Origin: Acidimicrobiia bacterium
Lineage (GTDB): Bacteria; Actinomycetota; Acidimicrobiia; Spongiisociales; ZC4RG35
Assembly (NCBI GenBank): GCA_965215185.1
Contig: OZ244034.1
Location: 2,752,001-2,816,000 of the forward strand
Reading direction: 5' to 3'
DNA: 64,000 bases
Shown here: one piece after another, positions 46,901 through 56,854 of the stretch
How positions within the stretch are numbered: the stretch's first letter is position 1
Layout: each line of letters begins with the position of its first letter
Notes under the pieces: generated by a model
What the model saw: only the letters and a program-made list of their open reading frames with translations
Told to the model about the DNA's origin: nothing
Database searches by the model: none
Made by a program: the position numbers and the translations under genes

Positions 46901-47700
46901 GCATGGCTTTGAAGGTTCGAGACCTGCAGGCCTCGGTGGGCTCCACGCAGATACTTCGCGGGGTGGATCTGGAAGTGCCGTTCGGCGAGATGCACGCTTT
47001 AATGGGGCCCAACGGGTCGGGTAAGAGCACTTTGTGCCACGTTCTTGCCGGCCATCCTGATTTCACCGCGGAGGGCCAGGCGTGGGTGGACGGTACGCAG
47101 ATACTGGGGTTGGAGGCCGATGAGCGGGCTCGATTGGGGTTGATACAGGCTTTCCAGAATCCGGTGGGGGTGCCGGGGGTGGATCTGCAAGAGATCATGA
47201 TGGAGGCGGCGGAGGAACGGGGTATCGATCCCGAGGAGGCAGAGCGCCGGATAGCCGAGGCTTCGCGGCGTTTCGATATGGATGCCTTCTTGGAGCGTTC
47301 GGTCAACGACAACCTGTCGGGGGGAGAGAAGAAACGCTCAGAGATCTTCCAAATTTCGGTCCTTTCTCCAAAGATTGCTCTCTTGGACGAGACCGACTCG
47401 GGGCTGGACATCGACATGGTGCGCACCGTGGCCGCGGCGGTGGAGGATATGCGCCGCCCCGACATGGGGGTGCTGATGATCACCCACCACTCACGGATTC
47501 TCGGTTATGTGGAACCCAACCGGGTACATGTGATGATGGGCGGAAAAATCGTAACCTCCGGCGGGCCCGACCTGGCCCACGAGTTGGAGAAGAGCGGTTA
47601 TGAGGGCCTGAGAAAACGACTTGGCATCGCGGCGCCCACCCCCGCTTCCACTCCTGAGCCTTCATTTGACTACTTCACTGATCTGCCCTTCACCAGCTAG
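46897..47700 (+). CDS. sufC: Fe-S cluster assembly ATPase SufC (copy 1)
   Basis: MGPNGSGKS, AFQNP, SGGEKKR, LDETDSGLDID; ATGA overlap with the ferredoxin. Confidence 0.93.
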   Translation: MSMALKVRDLQASVGSTQILRGVDLEVPFGEMHALMGPNGSGKSTLCHVLAGHPDFTAEGQAWVDGTQILGLEADERARLGLIQAFQNPVGVPGVDLQEIMMEAAEERGIDPEEAERRIAEASRRFDMDAFLERSVNDNLSGGEKKRSEIFQISVLSPKIALLDETDSGLDIDMVRTVAAAVEDMRRPDMGVLMITHHSRILGYVEPNRVHVMMGGKIVTSGGPDLAHELEKSGYEGLRKRLGIAAPTPASTPEPSFDYFTDLPFTS

Positions 47701-48908
47701 CCGGACCGGGGCGGCGAACCGATAGGTCGGACTCCCTGTTGGTGGCCCCCCAGGGTCCCAATCGCATTGACAGTTCGTTGCCAGGACCGACGCAGTTCGG
47801 CTTGCCGTTGGTGATCGAGGTCCGGATCGAGGAGCCGGCTGGTCACGGCCACAACCTGCATAACGTTTCGATCAACCCAGGTTGGGTTGTAGGTGATACT
47901 GGTGACCCCCACCCCGTCCGGGCCGTCGCCGATTTCCACAAAAAGGATCACACCGTCCTCGTTGGGGGGTCTTACCTGATTGGACAGGAAATTTCCCAGC
48001 CCGTAAACCACCCACAGGCCATCGATCCGAGTGACGGGTTGCAGGACATGGGCGTGGTGTCCTATCACCAGATCCACCGCGCCGACTTCTGCCAATGCCT
48101 GGGCGATTTGCTGTTGATAGACATTGGGCATGTGCTGATGTTCGGTTCCCCAATGCAGGGAGGCAACCACGAATTCGGCGCCCTCGGCTCGGGCTACGGC
48201 TGCATCGAGGGCGATGGTGTCCAGATCAATGAGGTTGACCCACCAGCTTTGGCTTCGGGGCAACTTCAGGCCGTTGAGTCCATATGTATATGAGAGGTGA
48301 CCCACACGGATACCGTTGGCCTCGTAGTGGGCGGCCCTTGGTGCCCCCTCTTCGGTGGCGGCGCCAGCGAAGGCCAAGCCGCTTTGCTGCATGGCTCCGA
48401 CAGTTTGGGCTACTCCGTCCACCCCGTAGTCAAAGGCATGATTGGAGGCTAGGGAGCATCCGTCCCAGCCGCTTTCCGCAATGGCCTCCACCAGTTCCGC
48501 AGGGGCGCTAAACCGCGGGTATCCGGCTGGGCTGCGGGATGAAATGGTAGTTTCCAAATGGCATATCGCTATATCGGCGTCCCGCAGTTGGCGGGCGACC
48601 TGTTCGAACATGGGTAGGAAATTGTATTCGCGATCGATGGGCTCAACCCAAGTTCTGTACATCTGCGGGGGTTCCACTATTGATGCGCTGCTGCCTTGGG
48701 AGTGGGTGCGTCGTGCGTAGTACCTGGCGAACTTGACCACCGGCAAGTGGGGAAGAATGTCGCCAGTAAAAGCCAACCTTGCGGTGCGGGGGGTGGCGGT
48801 TGTCTCCGGGTCGTCGGCGGGCAGTGATCCGGCGGTCAAGACGAGAAGCGAAAGGACCGTTGCCGAGGAGACAAGGCCAAACCATCGGGTGGGTACGCGT
48901 TTCATCAT
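47697..48908 (-). CDS. CapA family metallophosphoesterase-fold protein
   Basis: FTGDIL, CHLET, ASNHAFDYG, SLHWGTE, GHHAHVLQP, YGLGNF. Confidence 0.88.
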   Translation of the reverse strand: MMKRVPTRWFGLVSSATVLSLLVLTAGSLPADDPETTATPRTARLAFTGDILPHLPVVKFARYYARRTHSQGSSASIVEPPQMYRTWVEPIDREYNFLPMFEQVARQLRDADIAICHLETTISSRSPAGYPRFSAPAELVEAIAESGWDGCSLASNHAFDYGVDGVAQTVGAMQQSGLAFAGAATEEGAPRAAHYEANGIRVGHLSYTYGLNGLKLPRSQSWWVNLIDLDTIALDAAVARAEGAEFVVASLHWGTEHQHMPNVYQQQIAQALAEVGAVDLVIGHHAHVLQPVTRIDGLWVVYGLGNFLSNQVRPPNEDGVILFVEIGDGPDGVGVTSITYNPTWVDRNVMQVVAVTSRLLDPDLDHQRQAELRRSWQRTVNAIGTLGGHQQGVRPIGSPPRSG

Positions 48909-49008
48909 GGCTTATGGCGTAATCGATGACAGATACCCTTAAAGGATGACAGACGCGCGGGATCCGACCAAGGAACCGCCAGCCGACCAAACAAAAAGGG
49001 GTGAGGTG

Positions 49009-50400
49009 ATGGAGTACCGGTCCGAGAGGGACTCGATGGGGGAGGTAATGGTTCCCGCCCACGCCTACTACGGTGCTTCCACGCAGCGGGCTGTGGACAA
49101 TTTCCCGATTTCCGGCACAGGTTTCGAGCGGCGGTTCATTTGGGCGCTGGGACTCATAAAGAAATCGGTGGCGACGGCGGCCGGGCGGGAGGGATACCTG
49201 GATTCGAGGATTGCCGAGGCGGTGAGTCAAGCGGCCTCTGAAGTGATGGAAGGACATTGGGACGGGCATTTTCCGGTTGATGTCTTCCAGACCGGTTCGG
49301 GTACCTCTACCAACATCAACGCCAATGAGGTGATAGCCAACCGGGCGACCGAGTTGTTGGGCGCGAAGCGGGAGGCGCGGCTGGTGCATCCCAACGATCA
49401 TGTCAATTTCGGGCAGTCGTCCAACGATGTCATACCCACCGCTATCCATGTGGCGGCGGCCGCGGCGGAGCATGAGTCACTCCTGCCGGCTTTGGAAACG
49501 CTTCGTCGTTCGCTGACCGCAAAATCAGAGGAATTCTCGGGGATGGTCAAGTCGGGCCGCACCCATCTGATGGATGCCACTCCGGTTACATTGGGTCAGG
49601 AATTCTCCGGCTATGCGGCGGCGATGAGCAAAAGCTCTGAGAGAATAAGAAAAGTTCTGGTGGAGCTCGAAGAACTCCCTCTAGGAGGGACGGCGGTGGG
49701 AACCGGCATCAACTGTCCCGAGGGTCTGGCCGAAGCGGCCATCGGGGTCATTGCGGAGAATTCGGGAATCCCTTTCACCGAGGCCTCCAATCATTTTGAG
49801 GCTCAGGCCGCAAAGGACGCTGCCGTAAACGCATCGGGTGCTCTCAAAACGGTGGCAGTCTCCCTTTTCAAGATCGCCAACGACCTTCGCTGGCTCTCGT
49901 CGGGCCCGGTCACTGGCATCGCCGAGATTCGGCTCCCGGCATTGCAGCCCGGTTCTTCAATCATGCCCGCCAAGGTCAATCCGGTGATTCCCGAAATGGT
50001 TATGCAGGTGGCTGCTCAGGTGATCGGCAACGACGCGGCGATCACCTGGGCGGGAGCCAACGGGAATTTCGAGTTGAACGTGATGATGCCGGTCATTGCT
50101 CGCAACCTCTTGGAATCCATCCGGCTGTTGGCCAACGCTTCGCGGGTTCTGGCGGAGAAGTGTGTGGACGGGATAGAAGCGGATGCCGAACGGGCTCGCA
50201 AGTTGGTGGAACGCAACGTGATAGTGGTGACCGCTCTCAACCCGCACATCGGATACGACGCGGGAGCTTCGGTGGCCAAGGAGGCCTTCGCCAGTGGCCG
50301 CACCGTTCGAGCGGTGGCGTTAGAGCGGGGTCTTCTGACCGAGGAGGAGTTGGACCAGATGCTTGACTTGGAGAAGATGACCGAAGGGGGGGTCTCCTAG
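49009..50400 (+). CDS. fumC: class II fumarate hydratase
   Basis: [45 protein letters not shown]; alternative start at 48946. Confidence 0.93.
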   Translation: MEYRSERDSMGEVMVPAHAYYGASTQRAVDNFPISGTGFERRFIWALGLIKKSVATAAGREGYLDSRIAEAVSQAASEVMEGHWDGHFPVDVFQTGSGTSTNINANEVIANRATELLGAKREARLVHPNDHVNFGQSSNDVIPTAIHVAAAAAEHESLLPALETLRRSLTAKSEEFSGMVKSGRTHLMDATPVTLGQEFSGYAAAMSKSSERIRKVLVELEELPLGGTAVGTGINCPEGLAEAAIGVIAENSGIPFTEASNHFEAQAAKDAAVNASGALKTVAVSLFKIANDLRWLSSGPVTGIAEIRLPALQPGSSIMPAKVNPVIPEMVMQVAAQVIGNDAAITWAGANGNFELNVMMPVIARNLLESIRLLANASRVLAEKCVDGIEADAERARKLVERNVIVVTALNPHIGYDAGASVAKEAFASGRTVRAVALERGLLTEEELDQMLDLEKMTEGGVS

Positions 50401-50828
50401 CTTTCCCCCAAGGCCTGTTCCAGGGTTATCCACGGAAGGGTGGCGCATTTGATCCGTACCGGATAGCGCCTGACTCCCGCCAAGGCAATCAGATCACCGA
50501 GGTCGGCATAACCGTTTTCGCTGGCGTCGCCAGACACCTGCATGAGCCCTTGGAAGCGGCTCGACAGGTGGAGGACTTCGGGGATGGGATTCCCAGAAAC
50601 GGCTTCACTCATGAGGGAGGCGCTCGACTGGCTTATCGAACAGCCCTTTCCCGCAACCGAGATGGCGCTGATGCTTCCATCCCGCAAATGCAGTTCGACT
50701 TTCACCTCGTCTCCGCACAAGGGATTGACGCCCTCTGAGGAGACATCGGGATCGGATAGTGGGGAACGATGGCGCGGGTTACGGTAGTGATCCAGGATCA
50801 CTTGCCGGTATACCTCTTGAAGAGACAT
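50397..50828 (-). CDS. sufU: SUF-system SufU protein
   Basis: [37 protein letters not shown]. Confidence 0.93.
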   Translation of the reverse strand: MSLQEVYRQVILDHYRNPRHRSPLSDPDVSSEGVNPLCGDEVKVELHLRDGSISAISVAGKGCSISQSSASLMSEAVSGNPIPEVLHLSSRFQGLMQVSGDASENGYADLGDLIALAGVRRYPVRIKCATLPWITLEQALGES

Positions 50829-50861
50829 TTCTCTTATAGATTAGAAAAGTTCGGGGCCGGC

Positions 50862-51620
50862 CTAGCTACGAAAAGATTCATATCCTTCCGACTCCAACTG
50901 GGCGGTCAGCTCGGCGCCGCCGGTCTTCACCAGCTTTCCTCCCACCAGGACATGCACATAACTGGGAGTGATGTAGTCCAGCAGGCGCTGGAAGTGGGTA
51001 ATGATCAAGAAGCCTCGTTCGGGGCCGACCATGCGCTGCACTCCATCGGAGACGATGCGCAAAGCATCAATATCCAAGCCGGAATCGGTCTCGTCCAGGA
51101 TGGCCAGCTTGGGCTCGAGAACCGACATCTGCAGGATCTCGTTTCGCTTGCGCTCCCCACCCGAGAACCCCTCGTTGAGGTAGCGATCGGCGAAGCCGCC
51201 AGGGATACCTAACTCTGCCATGGTGTCCATTACCTTGAGCCGCAGTTCGATTATCGAGTAGTCGATACCGGTGCGGTTGGAGAGGGCCTGGCGGAGGAAC
51301 TGCACAATCGGAACACCCGGGATCTCGGTTGGATGCTGGAAGGCCATGAAGATGCCCCGATTGGCTCGCTTGTTGGGAAGATCTGCGGTGATGTCCTCTC
51401 CGTCGAAATAGATGGCGCCTTGGGTCACCACTAAACCCGGGTGGCCCATCAACACCGAGGCGAGGGTTGTTTTCCCTGAACCGTTGGGTCCCATTACCGC
51501 ATGGATCTCGTTGTAGTGGATTTCCAGGTCGATGCCATGGAGGATGGGGGTGCGGTTGGCTGCCGCCGAGACGTGCAGGTTTTCGATACGAAGAAGGGGT
51601 GTGGTGGTCACAGGACTCAC
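50862..51620 (-). CDS. sufC: Fe-S cluster assembly ATPase SufC (copy 2)
   Basis: MGPNGSGKT, FMAFQHP, NEGFSGGERKRNEILQ, LDETDSGLDIDAL, ITHFQRLL. Confidence 0.93.
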   Translation of the reverse strand: MSPVTTTPLLRIENLHVSAAANRTPILHGIDLEIHYNEIHAVMGPNGSGKTTLASVLMGHPGLVVTQGAIYFDGEDITADLPNKRANRGIFMAFQHPTEIPGVPIVQFLRQALSNRTGIDYSIIELRLKVMDTMAELGIPGGFADRYLNEGFSGGERKRNEILQMSVLEPKLAILDETDSGLDIDALRIVSDGVQRMVGPERGFLIITHFQRLLDYITPSYVHVLVGGKLVKTGGAELTAQLESEGYESFRS

Positions 51621-51727
51621 ACTAATGACGAGCAATGAGCAAAAAAAACCGGTATTAGGACGAGACGGAACACCATCAAGGGCCCGGAATATCCCAAATC
51701 GACCGGTTTGGCATTATTGTGCGGCTT

Positions 51728-53299
51728 ATGTCCGATCTATCCCTTTGGGAGCCGGGGGAAGAATTAGAGCTTCCCAGCTTCCCATCCGCTGTCTTGGGCT
51801 ACCAGCGCAAGGCCGTCGACCAGTACCTGAAGAGCCTCGGGGAGACCAGAAACGCTCGTGCGACGATCCTCGTTTATCCCGACGCCCCGGTTCCAACCGA
51901 GCATTTGAACCGCTACCGGGATCTGGGAAGAGAGATAGGAGACTTGCTTTCGGTAGTACAAGAGACGGCTCGAAGGATCAGGGAGCAGGCTGAACTCGAC
52001 GCAGACCGCTGGCGTGGTGAGGCCACAACCGAAGTGCAAACCACAACCGCCGAGGCGCAGGCCATCGCTGAGGAACTCCGGTCAGCAGCCTGGGAAGTGG
52101 CCACTCAGATGATCGCGCAGATTCGAGACCTGGAGACCGAAACCTATCGCAATGTTGAAAAGGAATCACAGGAGATCATCGCCGAGGCCGAAAACGAGAC
52201 TCACCGTATTCGGGAGGACGCTCGTCGGAGAGCCGAGGCGATCCACAGCAACGCCAATGTGGAATCTCTGGAGGTGGAGGAGAGAACCAGAGCCCTTTGT
52301 GATCAGATGATTGAATCCGCCGAGCAGCAGGTCTTGGCCATTCAGGAGAGGGTGCTGGCGCTGGAGCGTCATCGTGACCAACTCTTGGAGGAGATCGGAG
52401 GAATTCGTTCAGGCGCCACGCCGATCGGTGTCAAGTTGGTTGATCAGACCGGTGGTTTGATCTATCGAACTTCCCCACCGGTAGAGGATCCCACCCATGT
52501 AACGCCTCACCATGAGATGTCAGGGTTGGTGAAGGTGATCGCCCCACCCGGGCTGCCGAAAGAAGACCCCCCAAGTCAACCCCATGTGGAGCCGCCCCGA
52601 CAACCGGCGCCGACAGTTGTCGAGGACACGCCTTCCCAAGATGTGGGAGACGAACCGGAAGGCTCTTCCTCTTCCCACTTCCAAGACTTGTTTTCTTCTC
52701 TCCGGCAGATCCCATTCGGCTCTTCGGAGCCAGTGGTGAGGCGCAAACAGGCCTCTGCACAACGTTCCGCTCCCCAGATGGGGGAGGAAGAGTCACGCAA
52801 TCTTAAAGAAGAGAGGTTGCTCCCGATATCCAACCACTTTCTCCGTCTGTTCAAGAGAATCTTGACCGAGGAGCAGAACCTGGTGCTGGAGGGAATACGA
52901 ACCGGGGAGTTGGTATGGGGAGTAGATGGGGTGGACGGGCGATTGCGTTCCCATCTGGAGATGCTTATGGAGCAGAGTTGGCTGGCGGGCCACAGCGCCG
53001 CGGAGCGGATGATTCGACAGAATATCCCCAAGCCGCAGATGGCTCTGGGAGGCGAAACAGGTTTCGCTCCCCAGTTGGTCTCCGATGTCAACGACGCCCT
53101 GGGATCGGCAGTGCCCTCGGAGAACGTCACCCAGCGGAGCCTGATCGCTTCTCGGATGTTTCGGGTGTGGAGAAGCGAGAAACTAGAGCGCCAAGTGCAG
53201 GAAATCAGCACCAAGTACTACCAACAAGGCTTGGATGGGTCGCTTGGAGCGGCAGGTGTTTCCCAGGATCGTGGGCCTAGACCAGTTGAGGTGGGTTGA
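51728..53299 (+). CDS. DivIVA-like coiled-coil protein
   Basis: N-terminal FPSAVLGYQRKAVDQYL resembles the DivIVA motif; long E/A/R coiled coil; Pro-rich linker. Confidence 0.6.
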   Translation: MSDLSLWEPGEELELPSFPSAVLGYQRKAVDQYLKSLGETRNARATILVYPDAPVPTEHLNRYRDLGREIGDLLSVVQETARRIREQAELDADRWRGEATTEVQTTTAEAQAIAEELRSAAWEVATQMIAQIRDLETETYRNVEKESQEIIAEAENETHRIREDARRRAEAIHSNANVESLEVEERTRALCDQMIESAEQQVLAIQERVLALERHRDQLLEEIGGIRSGATPIGVKLVDQTGGLIYRTSPPVEDPTHVTPHHEMSGLVKVIAPPGLPKEDPPSQPHVEPPRQPAPTVVEDTPSQDVGDEPEGSSSSHFQDLFSSLRQIPFGSSEPVVRRKQASAQRSAPQMGEEESRNLKEERLLPISNHFLRLFKRILTEEQNLVLEGIRTGELVWGVDGVDGRLRSHLEMLMEQSWLAGHSAAERMIRQNIPKPQMALGGETGFAPQLVSDVNDALGSAVPSENVTQRSLIASRMFRVWRSEKLERQVQEISTKYYQQGLDGSLGAAGVSQDRGPRPVEVG

Positions 53300-54657
53300 T
53301 CGGTAGGTCCTCTTTTGGCGTATTGGTGGCTTTGGTGCTGGTCGCCTGCGGCGGGACGGGCGAACAACAGGAGACTGTCCCCCAAGGCCCGCCGGTTACA
53401 GAAGGAGCGCCCCCAGAGGAGAGCATTGAGCCGACCGAGGAGCCGCTGCCCCAAGTCCCCGAAGTGGCCGAGGTTCCTGAGGCCCCACCGTTCTTAGATC
53501 TATTGTTGGTGACCGGTCCGGATGGGGAGATAACGGTGGTCAGCCCCGATGGAACGGTTACTCGGGAGTTGCGCGTTTCTACTGGACAGAGCGGTCCGAG
53601 TCTGCAGCCTACCTGGGCGCCGACTTTCGTTGATGGCCGTCGTCTTGCGGCGTGGAGCGAACTCAACGATGACGGGGCTTTCGCGATCACTTTGGCTGAC
53701 ATTGAGAACGCTGAGATAGAGACGTACCTCTCGCCCGTAGCACCCTTCTACTACTACTGGAGTCCCGATGCCACTCTGCTGGCATTCTTGGGACAGAACG
53801 CCTTTTCCCCATTGCAGATGGGCATGGTGGACTTGCCGAGGGATGAGGTATACGCAATTGGTGACGGGCAACCGTTCTACTTCGCCTGGCGATCTGACTC
53901 GAATGCCATGGTCACTCACATAGGCGATGCCATGTCCTTGCTCGCCCGCACTGACGGCGGTTGGTCGTCGGACACGCTCTCTCTTGTACCAGGGCTCTTT
54001 CAAACCCCGGCCTGGCTCCCCGACGACCAAATCATCATCACTTCCCCGGTTTCACAGGGGGAGGTCGAAGTGGGTTTGTCAGGAACGCCCAGTGCTCAGG
54101 GCGACCGGTCCGGGCACCGTCTGATCGTAAGTGACTTGGAAGGTAGGTCTATCAGGACCTTGGCCGAACTGGAAGGGCCGGTTAGATTCCAGGCGGATCC
54201 GTTGGGAGAACGGGTGGCGTTCACAGCCTCTGAAGGTCCTCTGCGGGTGATGGATCTCGCCGACGGCGCCGACGTGGCCGTTTCCGAGGGCAAGGTGGCG
54301 GCCTTCCAGTGGAGCCCTGAAGGAGGCAGGCTCCTTTTCATGGAGGTGGACAGCCAGGCGAAGGCGTTGGCGCCCAAGGTTTGGGATGGCCGCGAAACTC
54401 TGGTATTCCCCTCCTTTTACCCAACTCGCGTCTTCCTTCTTCAATATCTGCCGTTTTGGGACCAGTACTCCCACAGCCTTACCTTATGGTCCCCGACCGG
54501 GGAGGCGTTCACATATCCGTCAGTCTCCCCGGGCAGCGGTGAGGGCCGGATCATGGTGCAGCGTCTCGACGATCCCGGGCCTTTGGAGGTGAGCAAAGGA
54601 GTGTTTGCCAGTTGGTCTCCCACTCCGTCGGACCTTTTGGTCACCCCCGATCCATAA
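53296..54657 (+). CDS. lipoprotein with TolB-like beta-propeller repeats
   Basis: lipobox LVAC; repeated PTWAP, WSPDA, WSPEG, WSPTG. Confidence 0.75.
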   Translation: MIGRSSFGVLVALVLVACGGTGEQQETVPQGPPVTEGAPPEESIEPTEEPLPQVPEVAEVPEAPPFLDLLLVTGPDGEITVVSPDGTVTRELRVSTGQSGPSLQPTWAPTFVDGRRLAAWSELNDDGAFAITLADIENAEIETYLSPVAPFYYYWSPDATLLAFLGQNAFSPLQMGMVDLPRDEVYAIGDGQPFYFAWRSDSNAMVTHIGDAMSLLARTDGGWSSDTLSLVPGLFQTPAWLPDDQIIITSPVSQGEVEVGLSGTPSAQGDRSGHRLIVSDLEGRSIRTLAELEGPVRFQADPLGERVAFTASEGPLRVMDLADGADVAVSEGKVAAFQWSPEGGRLLFMEVDSQAKALAPKVWDGRETLVFPSFYPTRVFLLQYLPFWDQYSHSLTLWSPTGEAFTYPSVSPGSGEGRIMVQRLDDPGPLEVSKGVFASWSPTPSDLLVTPDP

Positions 54658-54660
54658 AAC

Positions 54661-54677
54661 GGCCCGTACGACGGGCC
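54661..54677 (+). terminator. GC-rich hairpin just after the stop (possible terminator)
   Basis: GGCCCGT-ACG-ACGGGCC; no + strand U-tract. Confidence 0.4.
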
Positions 54678-54963
54678 CCACCTCCGCCCAGCCGGTTGGG
54701 AACAAAGTGCGGCCAAGCTGACGCTCAGCCGGCCGGTCACCTCGTGTGAGAGAAGCCGGTGAACGGCGTTGAAAGAGACGTTATCCCGATGGTGCCTTTT
54801 CGGAACATGAACGCTGTGGTTGATTCCGCTCCGGTGGAACCTGCCGGAGCGGTCTTGTCGATTTGATCAGTGTGAAGTGGGCCCGTGACATTTGCGGGTA
54901 GGTTGTTCAAAACACGAGGCTTCCGTTGGAAGAGTTCTTGTTCGGATCTGTGGGTCCGTTGGT

Positions 54964-55326
54964 TTAGTCCCAGCCGAGCTGATGGAGGCGCTTTTCAGAG
55001 AAACCCAGGTAGTGGCCTAGTTCGTGCAGGAGGGTGCGGCGGATCTCCTTTTCGGTCTCGGAGCGAGAAAGCCCCAACTCGAGATGGGCCAGACGATATA
55101 CGCGAATCTCGTCGGGGAGGACTCCCCAATAATCGGCCGCTCGATCCGGCAGCGACACCCCCACATATTCACCCAACAGCATTTCCCGGTCCTCGCCCTG
55201 GCACTCCTCAAGCGGTGGCGAATCCATCGCCACCACCAACACATTGTCCATTATGGAGGTGATCCATTCGGGTAGCTCGGTAAGGGTCCGGCCTATCACT
55301 TCCTCGAATTCTTCGGTGCGCATCAT
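54964..55326 (-). CDS. minimal zincin metallopeptidase (Zincin_1-like)
   Basis: LLGEYVGV...PDEIRVYR...TLLHELGHYLG. Confidence 0.88.
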   Translation of the reverse strand: MMRTEEFEEVIGRTLTELPEWITSIMDNVLVVAMDSPPLEECQGEDREMLLGEYVGVSLPDRAADYWGVLPDEIRVYRLAHLELGLSRSETEKEIRRTLLHELGHYLGFSEKRLHQLGWD

Positions 55327-55727
55327 CCTCCGTGCAGAGCCAGCACGGCCTCTATTTCCACCACAGCTCGTGGGTCGGCCAGTCCGCCGATTACCAAGAG
55401 AGTGCTAGCCGGATAATCGCCATGTGGATACCAGTCTGAAAAGACGCGGTCTCGCCCGCGGTAGAAACCCTCCTGGGCTCCCTCGGTCACATAGGTGCGA
55501 AGGCAGGCGATGTCAGAAGGTGAAGCTCCCACCGAGCCCATCAGCACGGCGAGATTGGCGAAGGCGTCACAGGTTTGGGAACCGGGGTCCTCGGCCATCG
55601 TTGCGTCCTGGCGACGCCCGGTTTGGCCCGACAGCCAGGCCAGGGAGGCGCCGGCCTTCGCCAGGGAGACCAGCGAATAGCGGCCGGTGGGGTGGCTTAC
55701 ACCCGGCGGATTGCTTCTTGACAACAT
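55323..55727 (-). CDS. RidA/YjgF family protein
   Basis: YS...LSGQ...Q...NL...PASTLL..GLADP..VEIEAV. Confidence 0.85.
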   Translation of the reverse strand: MLSRSNPPGVSHPTGRYSLVSLAKAGASLAWLSGQTGRRQDATMAEDPGSQTCDAFANLAVLMGSVGASPSDIACLRTYVTEGAQEGFYRGRDRVFSDWYPHGDYPASTLLVIGGLADPRAVVEIEAVLALHGG

Positions 55728-55777
55728 GACGGCGTTGGCCGGAATCTACCAGAAAAGCCCATCTTTCCGATCTACTA

Positions 55778-55793
55778 AGATTGGATCCAATCT
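55778..55793. promoter_or_regulatory. perfect 16-bp palindrome, putative GntR/VanR-type operator
   Basis: AGATTGGATCCAATCT in the divergent ridA/cupin intergenic region. Confidence 0.7.
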
Positions 55794-55825
55794 GAAATAG
55801 ACTCCGAGAAGAGGTTCCCAGAACG

Positions 55826-56854
55826 ATGACGACCCGCACTCGAACTGCCACCAGTCACTATGAGGTACAGAAGAAACGCCGCTCTGACGAGTTGGAGCAT
55901 CGCCTGCATGTGGTGCGGGGGTCGGAAGTGGTTATGCACCAGACTCCCCGGGGAATCGACCGCGGGGTGTTGGTGGGGGCCGATGGTGACCGACCCAGCC
56001 TGGTGCTCGACGCTCACCGTCACGGAATTGAGCCGGGTGCGGTTTCAACGATCCATCGTCACTCGTGGGATGCCATCATGTTTGTCACCTCCGGCCGGGG
56101 ATGGACCGAAGTCAATGGCCGTAGATACGACTGGCGAGCATGGGATACGGTGTTTCTCCCGGCCTGGGCTTGGCATCGTCACGGAAACGAGAGCGATTCA
56201 CCGGCCACCTATGTCACTTTCGGCTCCGAGCCCTTGGCCGAATTGGTGGGGATGGCCATCATCGAGGAGGGCGGAGATGTTTCCTTCGACGAGCTTCCCC
56301 CGCCCCCGGCGGTAGCTTCCCCCGGGATGGGCTCGGACCCCTACACCCGACGGATTCAGCGTTTGGCCCATCGCCAGCAGGCCTTTTCGGAGACTCGCAT
56401 CATTACCGCCTTCGATGACATCAACTTCCGGGTGACTCCCCGCGGTGCCCGCAGCGGCTTTCTGATTGACCGGAGCATCGGGTACCGCACCGGCGGATTG
56501 ACCGCGGTGATGCATCAATTGGCTCCCGGTCTTTACCAGTCCCGGCACCGTCACGGAGGAGAAGCCTGGCTGTACTGCACGACGGGTCAGGGTTACAGCG
56601 TAATCGACGGGGAACGCTACGACTGGGGCCCGGGGGACATGGCGGTAGTGGACCATTGGGCCTGGCATCAGCATTTCAACGCCTCCGATTCGGAGATTGC
56701 AGCCATTATCCGGGTACATAATGTCGACAGTCTCTACATGGGGATGCGGGCTCTGCTCGATCCCCTGCCGCTTTTTGAGGAACCCGAGAAGCTGGACTCC
56801 CCCGACCTGAGCGGAATGGAGTGGCCCCCTCCCGACGCGGGCAGACCCGAGTGA
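55826..56854 (+). CDS. bicupin, gentisate 1,2-dioxygenase-like putative ring-cleaving dioxygenase
   Basis: two cupin metal motifs: HRHSWDA...PAWAWHRH and HRHGGEA...HWAWHQH. Confidence 0.75.
   Translation: MTTRTRTATSHYEVQKKRRSDELEHRLHVVRGSEVVMHQTPRGIDRGVLVGADGDRPSLVLDAHRHGIEPGAVSTIHRHSWDAIMFVTSGRGWTEVNGRRYDWRAWDTVFLPAWAWHRHGNESDSPATYVTFGSEPLAELVGMAIIEEGGDVSFDELPPPPAVASPGMGSDPYTRRIQRLAHRQQAFSETRIITAFDDINFRVTPRGARSGFLIDRSIGYRTGGLTAVMHQLAPGLYQSRHRHGGEAWLYCTTGQGYSVIDGERYDWGPGDMAVVDHWAWHQHFNASDSEIAAIIRVHNVDSLYMGMRALLDPLPLFEEPEKLDSPDLSGMEWPPPDAGRPE

Noticed and set aside
54678-54960. Hairpin CCGCTCCGG...CCGGAGCGG (about 54826-54852) between convergent genes as a structured RNA
   Set aside because: Consistent with an ordinary terminator-like stem; nothing else supports an RNA gene
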